IMG/VR virus record: IMGVR_UViG_3300020044_007430
Span: 1-35,785 of that record
Source of the DNA: a virus
Taxonomy: Duplodnaviria; Caudoviricetes
Strand: one strand, 5' to 3'
DNA length: 35,785 bases
Shown here: in pieces, positions 1-9,229 of the stretch
How positions within the stretch are numbered: the stretch's first letter is position 1
How the letters are laid out: the number at the start of each line of letters is the position of its first letter
Position numbers and translations under genes: made by a program
The notes under the pieces: generated by a model
What the model saw: only the letters and a program-made list of their open reading frames with translations
What the model was told of the DNA's origin: nothing
Databases searched by the model: none

Positions 1-2
1 CG

Positions 3-86
3 CGGGCGAAGGCAGGCCACTGGCCCAGCTTCAGCGCGACGCCACTCCGGCCACTTCACGTGCCCGGTCTGAAGGCGAACGTCTGA
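3..86 (+). CDS. 3' end of an upstream gene (partial, unknown function)
   Basis: Open frame RAKAGHWPSFSATPLRPLHVPGLKANV* ending TGA 84-86, which overlaps the ATG of the next gene (TGATG coupling). Confidence 0.35.
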   Translation, partial: RAKAGHWPSFSATPLRPLHVPGLKANV

Positions 87-529
87 TGCGACTCGCACCA
101 CGCAACAGAGGGGCCAACGATGAGGGTGGCAACCGGTCCAGTGTTAAGAGTGCCGATGGAAAGGCACGTCAGAGGGAACGAAACAAGGCAGCAGGGAACC
201 CGAGCACGTCAAGTGGCAGTAGTGGGGTAGCGAAGAAGCTGTCCGAATGGCCTGAATTCGACTGGGATGAAGTCGCTGATGAAGTGCAACCTGTGTGCGA
301 CATCATGGGGAGGATTGTTCAATCGCAACTTGGCAGTGGTGGTTATTACACTGTCCTAATGGCTGTCCCAATGGCCTACGCACATGCTGCATTGCAAGCC
401 TCATTGGTGTCGAATCAGGGCAACTCGATCTTCATGAGGCTGTATGCCGTCCCACTCCCCTACATTGAGGAGCAAATCGCCGCTCAACAGGCAGCAGATA
501 AGGCCGATACCGAAGGTGATGGTGGGTAA
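86..529 (+). CDS. Hypothetical protein (147 aa), disordered basic N-terminus
   Basis: ORF track; TGATG overlap at the start and TAATG overlap with the next gene. Confidence 0.7.
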   Translation: MRLAPRNRGANDEGGNRSSVKSADGKARQRERNKAAGNPSTSSGSSGVAKKLSEWPEFDWDEVADEVQPVCDIMGRIVQSQLGSGGYYTVLMAVPMAYAHAALQASLVSNQGNSIFMRLYAVPLPYIEEQIAAQQAADKADTEGDGG

Positions 530-852
530 TGGCAACTTCCCCGCAGAAAACCGAGTCATTGCAGGCGATTAGCCGTGAAATCGTGGCTGGTGACGCCGGA
601 TTGCAGGCAGAACTCAAGCAGTTGATCACGGCATCCATCAAGATGGCTGTTCACACCATGAAATTCGGGATGCCAGCCGAGAAGATGGCGATGATGAAGA
701 TGTTGACCCCTCACATGCTTGAAGCACTCAGGCAAACGCAGCAATCAGAGGCCAAAGAGGCTGAGCGTGCGGCATATGAACGCATTCTTAAGGAACTGCG
801 TGGTGAAGTGGTTGAAGAGATGGGTAATGGGGTGACGAGTGGAGGCCAGTGA
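529..852 (+). CDS. Probable terminase small subunit (positional call)
   Basis: 107-aa helical protein directly upstream of and overlapping TerL; no diagnostic motif recognised. Confidence 0.5.
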   Translation: MATSPQKTESLQAISREIVAGDAGLQAELKQLITASIKMAVHTMKFGMPAEKMAMMKMLTPHMLEALRQTQQSEAKEAERAAYERILKELRGEVVEEMGNGVTSGGQ

Positions 853-2695
853 TCTTGGTCTGCCACCGCTCGCCAAGGTGCTCGCCCTCCCTGACGACGC
901 CGACGAGCGTGCACAGATCATCAACACCCCCGAAGCCGACGCCCTGATCCAACAGGCGTTAGCGAGTCGCAGAGTCCGTCTTCTACCCATCCTCAAGGAA
1001 TTGAAGATTCTCACCAAGGAACGAGGTCTTCAACGACTTGGTGAGGTGATGAACGCCGCTCAGTTGGACTTTATCACCGAAGTGGAGCGTCAGATCAACG
1101 AGGCTGGCATGGTCCGCATCATCGTGTTGAAGGCTCGCCAAATGGGCATCTCCACGATCATTGAAGCGATCTTGTTCATCCTGTCGATCATGTATAAGAA
1201 CTTCCAATCGTTGATCATCTCCCATGAGGCGGATAGTGCCGAGCACATCTTGGGTATGACCAAGCGGTACTGGGAGACGTACCCGTTCAGGGACTATCAC
1301 ACGGAGAAGTACAGCGCACGTAAGCAACTGTCTTGGAGTGACCTTGAATCCAACTTGGTGATCGCAACCGCTAAGAACACTGGTGCAGGACGGTCCAAGA
1401 CGCTTCATGCACTCCACGCATCAGAGGTGGCCTTTTGGGACAAGCCCGAAGAACTAACAACTGGCTTGAGACAAGCTATTCCGTCGTTTGGTCTGACATG
1501 TATCTTCCTTGAGTCCACTGCCAATGGTATCGGCAACTACTTCCATCAGACATGGGTGGATGCCGAGAATCACATCAGTGAGTTCACCCCGAAGTTCTAT
1601 CCTTGGCATCAACACCCTGAGTACACGGCAAGCTACATCCCCACTCATGAAGCGAAGAAGTTCAACAGCCTTGGGACGTTGACTGAGGATGAACTGATTC
1701 TCCGGTCGATGGGGGTGGATGATTCACGGTTGTTGTGGCGCAGGTGGGCGATCATCAACCTGTGCCGTCGTGACGTGGATGTGTTCAAGCAGGAGTATCC
1801 GTCCACTGCTACTGAGGCGTTCTTGACGACTGGTCGCAACGTGTTCCGTCTGCCTGACCTGTTGAAGCATTACATCCCGATCCAACCTCAAATCGGGTTC
1901 TTGGAACGTCGTGATGGCCGGGTGCAGTTCACACCTCACCCGAAGGGGCATCTGAAGATTTACCGGCATCCCTCGACGGATAAGAACTGGGGTGTGTATC
2001 AGGTGGGTGCTGACCCGACCCATACGACGGTTGGTGACGCTGCGTGTGCTCAGGTGATCAGTCGTCGCACGATGGAACAGGTTGCCGTGTTCCGTAAGCA
2101 CATGGACCCGACAGCTTTCGGTCGTGAAGTGGCGTTGCTTGGTGAGTACTACAACTGGGCGCAGATCGCACCTGAGAAAGAGGGACCGGGTTATGCAACT
2201 GTCGGGTTCCTGTTGGGCATCCAATACCCCAACATCTATGAGTCTCAGAAAGTGGATAAGACCCCTGGCAAGGTCAATCATGACGTGTTCGGTTGGGGCA
2301 CCAATGTGACCACCAAGCACCTGGCCATTTCACGGTTGGTTGACTTGTTGGCTCAGGAAGTGCAGTTCGTGGGGGTGTCTCAGTACGGATTGGTGATCCA
2401 CGATGAGGACACGTTCAACGAGATGAAGAACTACGTGGTGGACGAGAACGGCTACTACATGAACGGTAATGGCACCAAGTTCGATGACACTGTGATGGCG
2501 TTGGGTATTGCGGTGGCGACTCACTTCATCGAACCGGCATTGAAGGCTTACGTGAAGGATACGACGGTGGTGCAACAGTTCCATGAGGTGATGCGGGAGA
2601 TTGAGATGCCCACCTCGGATGAGATGGTTGCGGTGGCTGGTGCTCATGTGCAACAGTCAGCGAAGGAAGGACCGAACTGGGAGGAGTGGAACTGA
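839..2695 (+). CDS. terL: Terminase large subunit
   Basis: Walker A-like IIVLKARQMGIST, Walker B-like LHASEVAFW, coupling motif ESTANG, RNase H-like nuclease acidic motifs GADPT and FDDTVMALGIA. Confidence 0.95.
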   Translation: MEASDLGLPPLAKVLALPDDADERAQIINTPEADALIQQALASRRVRLLPILKELKILTKERGLQRLGEVMNAAQLDFITEVERQINEAGMVRIIVLKARQMGISTIIEAILFILSIMYKNFQSLIISHEADSAEHILGMTKRYWETYPFRDYHTEKYSARKQLSWSDLESNLVIATAKNTGAGRSKTLHALHASEVAFWDKPEELTTGLRQAIPSFGLTCIFLESTANGIGNYFHQTWVDAENHISEFTPKFYPWHQHPEYTASYIPTHEAKKFNSLGTLTEDELILRSMGVDDSRLLWRRWAIINLCRRDVDVFKQEYPSTATEAFLTTGRNVFRLPDLLKHYIPIQPQIGFLERRDGRVQFTPHPKGHLKIYRHPSTDKNWGVYQVGADPTHTTVGDAACAQVISRRTMEQVAVFRKHMDPTAFGREVALLGEYYNWAQIAPEKEGPGYATVGFLLGIQYPNIYESQKVDKTPGKVNHDVFGWGTNVTTKHLAISRLVDLLAQEVQFVGVSQYGLVIHDEDTFNEMKNYVVDENGYYMNGNGTKFDDTVMALGIAVATHFIEPALKAYVKDTTVVQQFHEVMREIEMPTSDEMVAVAGAHVQQSAKEGPNWEEWN

Positions 2696-2907
2696 TGGAT
2701 GGGGATAGTTGGGGACCGGAATACTGGTACTACCAGGCGTATCATGGCGCCTATTGGGAAGCCATCAAGCCGCAGGTGTTTGGGGAGTTGGCTGACTTGG
2801 TGTACCGGGAGAACGCAATCATGAAGTACCTGAGGGAACAGGGTGAGCGTCGGCGGCAGAATCGTGAAGCATTCAAGAAGGCAGTGAAGGGAAAGGGATG
2901 GCGATGA
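2695..2907 (+). CDS. Hypothetical protein (70 aa)
   Basis: ATG 2695 overlaps the terL stop (TGATG), with GGAGGAG upstream; ATGA overlap with the next gene. Confidence 0.65.
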   Translation: MDGDSWGPEYWYYQAYHGAYWEAIKPQVFGELADLVYRENAIMKYLREQGERRRQNREAFKKAVKGKGWR

Positions 2908-3272
2908 CCGTCTACGGATACAAGTGTCCTGAATGTCAGCAAACGTACACGAGTGAGCAGCGTGGTGATCGGCTACCTGTTGAGTGTCATATTTGTGGTC
3001 ATTCACCGTTGCATCGTGACTATCGGGGGATCGCTGTTCACCGGCCGATGTTGGAACACATGAATGCGACTGTCGGCAAGCCCATCTCGGACATGAAGCA
3101 GTTCAAGGATGAACTGGCCAGGAAGTCGGAACAACTGTCTGAGTACACGCAGGTGGAGCAACGTCTTGAGGTGTTGGAACCTGAGGCAGCGAAACAGGGT
3201 GTGACGGAAGAGGGATTGGACAGTACTAACAGGGTGAGGGTGAGTAAGGGTCTGTCACCGATCAAGCTGTAG
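2904..3272 (+). CDS. FmdB-like zinc-ribbon protein
   Basis: N-terminal MTVYGYKCPEC...ECHICG matches the YxYxCxxC...CxxCG FmdB pattern; ATGA overlap at 2904-2907 (alternative start 2898). Confidence 0.75.
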   Translation: MTVYGYKCPECQQTYTSEQRGDRLPVECHICGHSPLHRDYRGIAVHRPMLEHMNATVGKPISDMKQFKDELARKSEQLSEYTQVEQRLEVLEPEAAKQGVTEEGLDSTNRVRVSKGLSPIKL

Positions 3273-3378
3273 CGTGGGTGTGCAATCTCGCAACGCTTGT
3301 GTGGTGGTGGTGGCCACCTTTGCAGCGGCGCAGCCGGTGCCTTGATCGGGGGTGTCGGGGGGCGTAGCTCCCTGATGG

Positions 3379-3384
3379 TAGAGT
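3379..3384 (+). promoter_or_regulatory. Putative -10 element (TAGAGT) for a leaderless portal transcript
   Basis: TGG-TAGAGT lies 8 nt before ATG 3393, which has no Shine-Dalgarno sequence. Confidence 0.45.
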
Positions 3385-3392
3385 CCCGAGTC

Positions 3393-5285
3393 ATGGCGCA
3401 GAATCCAGCATTCGTGTCGAAGTCTTCACCGATCAATGGGCCGATGCCTGGAACGATGAATGAGCTTCGTGGTGATGACATCAACCAAGACAAGGTTCAT
3501 TCACCTTCGCCTCTGGTCACTCCGATGTCTGATGAGGGTCGTGAGTATCAGATCGCTCAGACGATCCGTCAACTCTTCTACCGTGCGAGGGACATCAAGC
3601 GCCCTCTGGTGAATCAGTGGAAGAAGAACTACCGGGTGCTCAACAATCAGGCGTGGACTCCACGTGCTGAACCGTGGATGCCGTCACCTGCTCTGTCTGA
3701 GATGTGGCCACTCGTCGCATCAATGGTTGCATGGATGACTGATCAGCGCCCTGGTGTGGAGGTCACTCCCGCTGCTGTTCCGTTCGGTCAGTACGCTGAC
3801 CATTACGACCGTGTTGCCGAACAGATGAACGCTATCCTCGACTCCTCGTTCAGTGTCAACATGGAAGACGCTGAAATTGAGAAGCTGTTGTGGGATGTGC
3901 TCACCTATTCAGTCGGCTACTTGAAGACCGAATGGGTGCCGACTCTCGCTGACGGCAAGGGTGACAGCAAGTTCCGTCGGGTCGATCCGTTCACCATCTA
4001 TCCCGATCCGTTCGCTCACAACATGGATGAATGCGCCTACATCATTGAGGCCAAGTTGATGTCGTTGGAAGACATCGATCGTGCGTTCCCTGGTGCGAAG
4101 GACAAGATTCAGGCTGGCATCACTGATGAGATTGAGGTGCAGCCCACCAAACTCGACGCCACCACCAACGTCAACCAACCACGAGTGAACCTCTCCCCGA
4201 TCAATGGTGCGCCCTACGCTCCATGGACCGCCTCGACACGTGGCAACAACGTGGCTGGTCTGGTGCGTGAAGACCCTGTGACCGTGGTGCTTGAGGCATG
4301 GTGCCGCACCTACCGTGTGATCACCACTGAAGACGATGACACGATCCCTGAGGGTTCGTGTCGTGTGGTGGACCGGTGGAAGTGCATCGTGATCGCTGGC
4401 AACAGTGTGATCATGGACAAGTACGCTGATGAAATCTATGGTCATCCGCAGCATCCGTACTCCAAGATGAACATGTTCGACGTTGGTGAGTGGTATGGCC
4501 CTTGCCTCGTTGAAATGCTCACCTCGCCGCAGGAATCGATCAACCGCATCCTTCAGTCCATTGAGATGAACCTGTTGCTGATCGGCAACCCGATCCTCCT
4601 CAACGGCAACCGTACCAACGTCGGTGGTCGCACCACTCTCTCCAACCGCCCCGGTCAATCCCTCAATGGAGCGAAGGATCAGATGGGTTGGATGGACCCC
4701 CCGATGATCCACCCGGACATGATGCGGATGTTGGAGTTCTACGAGTCCCGCATGGAAACCATCTCCGGCCTCACTGCCATCATGCGTGGATTCTCCACCA
4801 CAGGACGCAACTCCACTGATGTCATCTCCTCCCTTCAGGACTCTGCGTTTGTGCGTGTTCGTGCAACGCTTCGCAACTTGGAACGGACCCTCCGTGATGC
4901 GTGCATGAAGAAGTGCGCCAACATCGCTGAGTTTTACACCGAACCTCGCTTGGTGGCCATTCTCGGCCCTGATGGGCAGGGCACTAAGATGGCGCTCCGT
5001 TCCCGGCACTTCTACATCCTCCCTGAAGAGGAAGACGCACAACCTGTCCCGCTTCGCTTTGAGTTGCTTGCTGACGCAGGTAGTGACCACCCAACTTCAC
5101 GGCAGGCACGACAGGCACAAGCAGAGCGTCTGTTCGCAATGGGTGCGCTCGACATCATCGAAGTGCTCAAGGCAAACAACTGGCCCAACTGGCCGATCGT
5201 GGCTAAGCGGGTCATGGAGCAGCAAGCGGTGGCGGGGACTCTCGGTAGCAACGGTTCACAACGATCAAAGGCAAGGGCACAATGA
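3393..5285 (+). CDS. Portal protein (podovirus P22/SU10-like)
   Basis: About 630 aa downstream of TerL; motifs VGYLKTEW, RVDPFTIYPDP, WYGPCLVEMLTSPQESIN, METISG typical of podoviral portals. Start moved from TTG 3297 to ATG 3393. Confidence 0.88.
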   Translation: MAQNPAFVSKSSPINGPMPGTMNELRGDDINQDKVHSPSPLVTPMSDEGREYQIAQTIRQLFYRARDIKRPLVNQWKKNYRVLNNQAWTPRAEPWMPSPALSEMWPLVASMVAWMTDQRPGVEVTPAAVPFGQYADHYDRVAEQMNAILDSSFSVNMEDAEIEKLLWDVLTYSVGYLKTEWVPTLADGKGDSKFRRVDPFTIYPDPFAHNMDECAYIIEAKLMSLEDIDRAFPGAKDKIQAGITDEIEVQPTKLDATTNVNQPRVNLSPINGAPYAPWTASTRGNNVAGLVREDPVTVVLEAWCRTYRVITTEDDDTIPEGSCRVVDRWKCIVIAGNSVIMDKYADEIYGHPQHPYSKMNMFDVGEWYGPCLVEMLTSPQESINRILQSIEMNLLLIGNPILLNGNRTNVGGRTTLSNRPGQSLNGAKDQMGWMDPPMIHPDMMRMLEFYESRMETISGLTAIMRGFSTTGRNSTDVISSLQDSAFVRVRATLRNLERTLRDACMKKCANIAEFYTEPRLVAILGPDGQGTKMALRSRHFYILPEEEDAQPVPLRFELLADAGSDHPTSRQARQAQAERLFAMGALDIIEVLKANNWPNWPIVAKRVMEQQAVAGTLGSNGSQRSKARAQ

Positions 5286-5554
5286 GCATCACATCACGAG
5301 TCGAATCACTCAGCACCACTGCTGAAATCATCGAAACCGGCGTTCCTGAGGGCAAGGTTGTTCTGCTCCGTGACGCCAGTGCTGACATCTATCTCGGTGG
5401 CAGTGCTGTCACTGGTGCATCAAACGGGTTCCGTCTCGCAACCACTGACGTGCTGTCCATCACGCTGCTTCAGGGTGACGTTCTGTATGCAGTGGCAGCG
5501 TCAGGCACACCCACCGTCGCCGTACTGGTGACCCGAGACAACACCACAGCATGA
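5282..5554 (+). CDS. Small beta-rich hypothetical (possible virion protein)
   Basis: ATGA overlaps at both ends; IYLGGSAVT...GFRLA...LYAVA pattern seen in small phage structural proteins. Confidence 0.7.
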   Translation: MSITSRVESLSTTAEIIETGVPEGKVVLLRDASADIYLGGSAVTGASNGFRLATTDVLSITLLQGDVLYAVAASGTPTVAVLVTRDNTTA

Positions 5555-5811
5555 CTTGGGTACTGCTCGTTGTTGTGGTGATCCTGTGTGTGGTGGTGGT
5601 GGCCAATGCGGTCACCATCGCCAAGAACACTGCCATGATCGCTCAGTATGAGGAAGACATCCACCAACTCAAGAACGAGTCAGCGTACCTGCACAATCAA
5701 CTGGCACTTCGTCGTCGTGCTCGTGGTACTGCTCAGAACCCTGGTCGTTCCATCGATGAACTTGAGCGTCGTGCCGGTGAAATCACCCGCAAACTCAATG
5801 GTGGTGAGTGA
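5551..5811 (+). CDS. Membrane-anchored coiled-coil protein
   Basis: N-terminal hydrophobic helix WVLLVVVVILCVVVVANAV followed by a heptad-like charged segment. Confidence 0.7.
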   Translation: MTWVLLVVVVILCVVVVANAVTIAKNTAMIAQYEEDIHQLKNESAYLHNQLALRRRARGTAQNPGRSIDELERRAGEITRKLNGGE

Positions 5812-5814
5812 CCT

Positions 5815-6348
5815 GTGAATGGCCTCAGAGGGTTCGTCAACCAACAGACAGCCATCCCACCATCGGTGGCGGCTGATATCGCTGCCCTTGAAGCGGATGT
5901 TGCCGACATCCTCCTCGACCTCGCCGCACTCAACACTGAGGTGGATGCGCTCCCTCGTGGAACGATGGGGTACGCACAGATCACCGCATCACAGACCGGT
6001 ATCACCACCATCGTTGATGTCACTGGTCTGACCACCACGTTCACAGCAGTGACGGGGCGTCGATATCGAGTCTCTGTGGACGTGTATGTGAACGGCACTG
6101 TTGCCGCTGACACGTTGGGTATCTCCATCGCCAATGGCAGCAACACCCAACTCACATCCACTCAGATCGTTGCCGTGGCGAATCCAGCCATTCAACAGCG
6201 TGCTGTCTGTTCAGGCATCGTCACAGGCATCAACGGATCGACCACGTACAAGATTCGTGCGATTCGACTCACCGGTTCAGGCAACATGGAAGTGTTCGCT
6301 TCATCTGCCAACCCTGGGTTCATTCTCGTGGAGGATATCGGCACATGA
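5815..6348 (+). CDS. Putative minor tail/fibre protein (short coiled coil plus beta-sandwich)
   Basis: DIAALEADVADILLDLAALNTEVDAL coil, then a Thr-rich beta domain (TGLTTTFTAVTGRRYRVS...FILVEDIG) resembling actinophage minor tail proteins. Confidence 0.6.
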   Translation: MNGLRGFVNQQTAIPPSVAADIAALEADVADILLDLAALNTEVDALPRGTMGYAQITASQTGITTIVDVTGLTTTFTAVTGRRYRVSVDVYVNGTVAADTLGISIANGSNTQLTSTQIVAVANPAIQQRAVCSGIVTGINGSTTYKIRAIRLTGSGNMEVFASSANPGFILVEDIGT

Positions 6349-7070
6349 GTCACCCACGTAAACAGCCTGGCGCTTACTTCGGTACCAACGTGCAGTATGC
6401 CGGTGGTATCGCTGGTGGTGGTGGCCCCGCTCAAGGTGTTGGTGAGAACTCCGCTCCCACCACCTACATTGAGGGCAGCAACGGCACGATGGCATCCGGT
6501 GTCGCTCAGACCGTAACCCTCCCGGTTGGTCTGAGTGATGGTGACTGGATGTTCATTTACCACTTCTACTCAGCAGCCAACGGCAACATCACGGTTCTCA
6601 ATGACACCGGTTGGACCCGGTATCAGATGAACACCACGTTTCTGCCCAGGTACACGATCTTCTACAAGAAGTTCCTCACCGGTCAGCAAGCCACTGTTGA
6701 TCTGTCGTACAACGGTGCAATGGCAGCGCAGTATCACACGTTCGCCTACCGTGGTCTGAACTCCAACTCCCCTGTCACCCCGGCACCTCTTCAAGAGGCG
6801 CAGTGGCCAGGTGTCGGCGCAGTGGTGGCCATCCCGGCACTCACCACCCAACGGAACAACTCAACGGTCCTGTGCCTCAGTGCGTGCATCGACACGTCAG
6901 CCGTCAGCGCCATCGACAACGGGTTCTCCATCATCGCATCAGGTACACCGGCAGCGAGTCGTTCATGGGCACATGCTGTCAAGGAAGCTGGCGCAGAGGG
7001 ATCGATCGGTACCACCAACATGACCAAGGCAACAAGCACGTGTGGTTGCGTGTTTGAGTTGTACTCATAG
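6345..7070 (+). CDS. Putative virion/receptor-binding beta-rich protein
   Basis: ATGA overlap; TVTLPVGLSDGDWMFI...GWT...YTIFYK...AYRG...PALTT..NSTVL pattern common in phage tail and surface proteins. Confidence 0.6.
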   Translation: MSHPRKQPGAYFGTNVQYAGGIAGGGGPAQGVGENSAPTTYIEGSNGTMASGVAQTVTLPVGLSDGDWMFIYHFYSAANGNITVLNDTGWTRYQMNTTFLPRYTIFYKKFLTGQQATVDLSYNGAMAAQYHTFAYRGLNSNSPVTPAPLQEAQWPGVGAVVAIPALTTQRNNSTVLCLSACIDTSAVSAIDNGFSIIASGTPAASRSWAHAVKEAGAEGSIGTTNMTKATSTCGCVFELYS

Positions 7071-7084
7071 AAAGGAAACAACCA

Positions 7085-7291
7085 ATGAGCATGTCCCCTG
7101 AATCCGAGGAGTACCCCACGGCGACTCCCGGCCCTCTCGACAACATCCGTGAGAACGTGGTCTATCCCACTGATCCTCGTGGCAGTCGGGGCAGTACTGA
7201 CTTCACGATGGTGACCTCCATCGACAACGGTCAGGTGCTTCACCCGGCGTCCAACACGCTCTCCCCGCCTCCGTTCGGCAACGGTTGCTGA
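7085..7291 (+). CDS. Hypothetical protein (68 aa, Pro-rich)
   Basis: Strong SD GAAAGGA upstream of the ATG. Confidence 0.65.
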   Translation: MSMSPESEEYPTATPGPLDNIRENVVYPTDPRGSRGSTDFTMVTSIDNGQVLHPASNTLSPPPFGNGC

Positions 7292-7343
7292 CCACCGGTT
7301 GACGACTCCGTTGACCATTACCACACGCACCTGCATCACCATG

Positions 7344-7349
7344 TAGAGT
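7344..7349 (+). promoter_or_regulatory. Putative -10 element (TAGAGT) for the head operon
   Basis: ATG-TAGAGT in the 7292-7389 intergenic gap, upstream of the scaffold/capsid cluster; same hexamer as at 3379. Confidence 0.45.
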
Positions 7350-7389
7350 GCTGGCCTGAACCCACGTTCACCTGTCGAAAGGACACACA

Positions 7390-7530
7390 ATGAAGGAATC
7401 ACTCGGCAAGACCGGCAACGCTCCCATCGTTCAGGTGGGTCACACCATGAGTGGTGTGTACGGCAGTGAGCCGATGGCTCAGCCCAAGGGTGTCGCCGCC
7501 AACAAGCCCACCGATCAGAAGTTCAAGTGA
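7390..7530 (+). CDS. Small hypothetical protein (46 aa), missed by the ORF track
   Basis: GAAAGGA SD then ATG 7390: MKESLGKTGNAPIVQVGHTMSGVYGSEPMAQPKGVAANKPTDQKFK*. Confidence 0.7.
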   Translation: MKESLGKTGNAPIVQVGHTMSGVYGSEPMAQPKGVAANKPTDQKFK

Positions 7531-7583
7531 TCCGCTGATCACGAGTCTGATCAACCAACGAGACGAGAAGGGGATATCACATC

Positions 7584-7907
7584 ATGGCCAGTCGGTCAAC
7601 CAACACGATGCAAGAGGCGCTTCAGAAGATGATGCGTGATATTGCCGACATGAAGACCCTGCCGGATGCGGATATCCCCTTCCTCGTCACCATCGAGAAT
7701 CAGGTGCTTCAGCGCATGAAGCAGCCTGTTGAAGCCCTCGTCCAGCAGGGTCAACTCCCCGCTGGTGATCCGATGGCTCAGGGGATGCCTTCCATGATGG
7801 GTGCAGCCCCCGGTTCAATGCAGAGTGGCGGATTGATGGCGGGTGGCATGGCTCCCTCGTCAGATGAACTGTCCCGTCTGCTCGGCTCGGGTGCTCCGGG
7901 CCTGTAA
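7584..7907 (+). CDS. Hypothetical protein (107 aa, Met/Gly/Pro-rich tail)
   Basis: ORF track; SD GAAGGGA; lies in the head operon. Confidence 0.75.
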   Translation: MASRSTNTMQEALQKMMRDIADMKTLPDADIPFLVTIENQVLQRMKQPVEALVQQGQLPAGDPMAQGMPSMMGAAPGSMQSGGLMAGGMAPSSDELSRLLGSGAPGL

Positions 7908-7944
7908 TACCCACCTCCTCCTCGTACCAAGGAACTGAATCACC

Positions 7945-9177
7945 ATGGCAACACAAGACACTCGCCCAGCATGGATGTTGGACCCCACCATCACAGAGGT
8001 GGATGAAGACGCCATCGATGCCATCGGCAAAGCGATGGAAGATGCGTCCAACAGCGCATTCAATTCGGCACCTGCTCAGCAGTTCATGAACCGTGGTGAC
8101 CTCACCGAACTCGGTGTCGGCCAGCCTGGTGTCCCCACCACCGGGGCGTCCCCCTCGCCGGTTGACGGCCCCGGCGAGGGGGAACCGCCCGCTCAGTCAT
8201 CCCAGGGCGTAGAGGGTCAGCAGACCACTGATCCGGCAACTGGTCAGCCCATCACTTCCCAGGAGGGTGAAGGTGGTCAAGCACCGGCTGTCGGCACGTT
8301 CTTCGTGCAGGTTCCTGGCGCAGATGGTACCCCCACTTCCGTGGCCATCACTCAGGATCAGGCTCTCGCACTCCTCCAACAGCACAATTGGCTCCACTCA
8401 CGTCCTGAGCAGGTTCAGACGCAGTGGGCACAGATCGAACAGGGCACTCATGCGGCTGTTCCGGTCAATGAGTACGCAGCCTATCAGGCGTGGCTCAAGG
8501 CGGGCGGTGCGGCGCAACAGGCACCGGTCCAGCAGCAACCCCAGCGGCCCATTGATCTTCGGGATGTTGACCCTGATGTGGCTGAGTACATCCAGACACT
8601 CGAACAGCAGCGTGCTGCCAACACCCCTCCCACCCCCCAAGCGACTGTCGATGCGCCCATCATCACGATGGCTGAGATGCAACGGCAGGCCCAAGAGAAC
8701 ATCACTCGTCAGGCGCAACTCCAAGCAGCCTTGAACGACACCCGCACTCACCTGACCAACGAGTACAACCTGTCTCCTCAGCAGCTTGCTGATCTGGAAC
8801 AGGAAGTCGCTCGTGCTCAGATCCTTCCGGCACTCAACATGAAGCACCAACAGCGAGTTGGTTCCATGGTGATTGCCGAAGCTGATCCCCGGGTTGTGCT
8901 CGCTGAAGCCTTTGAGGCGATCATGGCGACTCACCCCACCTATCGGACCATTCGTGACGAGACGATCTATAACAAGCGTCTCGCTCGTGATCGTGAGATG
9001 AACAAGGCAACTGACAGCAAGAAGGCTGTTGCCGGTTCTCTCGCACACACTCCCAGTGCTGCCGTACCCAGTCACCAGGGAAACAAGCCAGTCAGTCAGA
9101 TGACGCCTCAGGAAGCACAACAGGCGATGGTCGCTGAACTGGCGCAACTGATTGCAAGTGGCGAAGCCATCAACTAG
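7945..9177 (+). CDS. Probable capsid scaffolding protein
   Basis: 410 aa, Pro/Gln-rich disordered N-half and helical C-half, immediately upstream of the major capsid gene; SD AAGGA. Confidence 0.65.
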   Translation: MATQDTRPAWMLDPTITEVDEDAIDAIGKAMEDASNSAFNSAPAQQFMNRGDLTELGVGQPGVPTTGASPSPVDGPGEGEPPAQSSQGVEGQQTTDPATGQPITSQEGEGGQAPAVGTFFVQVPGADGTPTSVAITQDQALALLQQHNWLHSRPEQVQTQWAQIEQGTHAAVPVNEYAAYQAWLKAGGAAQQAPVQQQPQRPIDLRDVDPDVAEYIQTLEQQRAANTPPTPQATVDAPIITMAEMQRQAQENITRQAQLQAALNDTRTHLTNEYNLSPQQLADLEQEVARAQILPALNMKHQQRVGSMVIAEADPRVVLAEAFEAIMATHPTYRTIRDETIYNKRLARDREMNKATDSKKAVAGSLAHTPSAAVPSHQGNKPVSQMTPQEAQQAMVAELAQLIASGEAIN

Positions 9178-9229
9178 CTGATCCACGACACAATCATCCT
9201 CAACGGCAACACACAGAAAGGGTACATCA

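Noticed and set aside
3297-3392. N-terminal extension of the portal in the ORF track
   Set aside because: TTG start with Gly-rich translation of G-rich intergenic DNA; ATG 3393 sits behind a -10 element.
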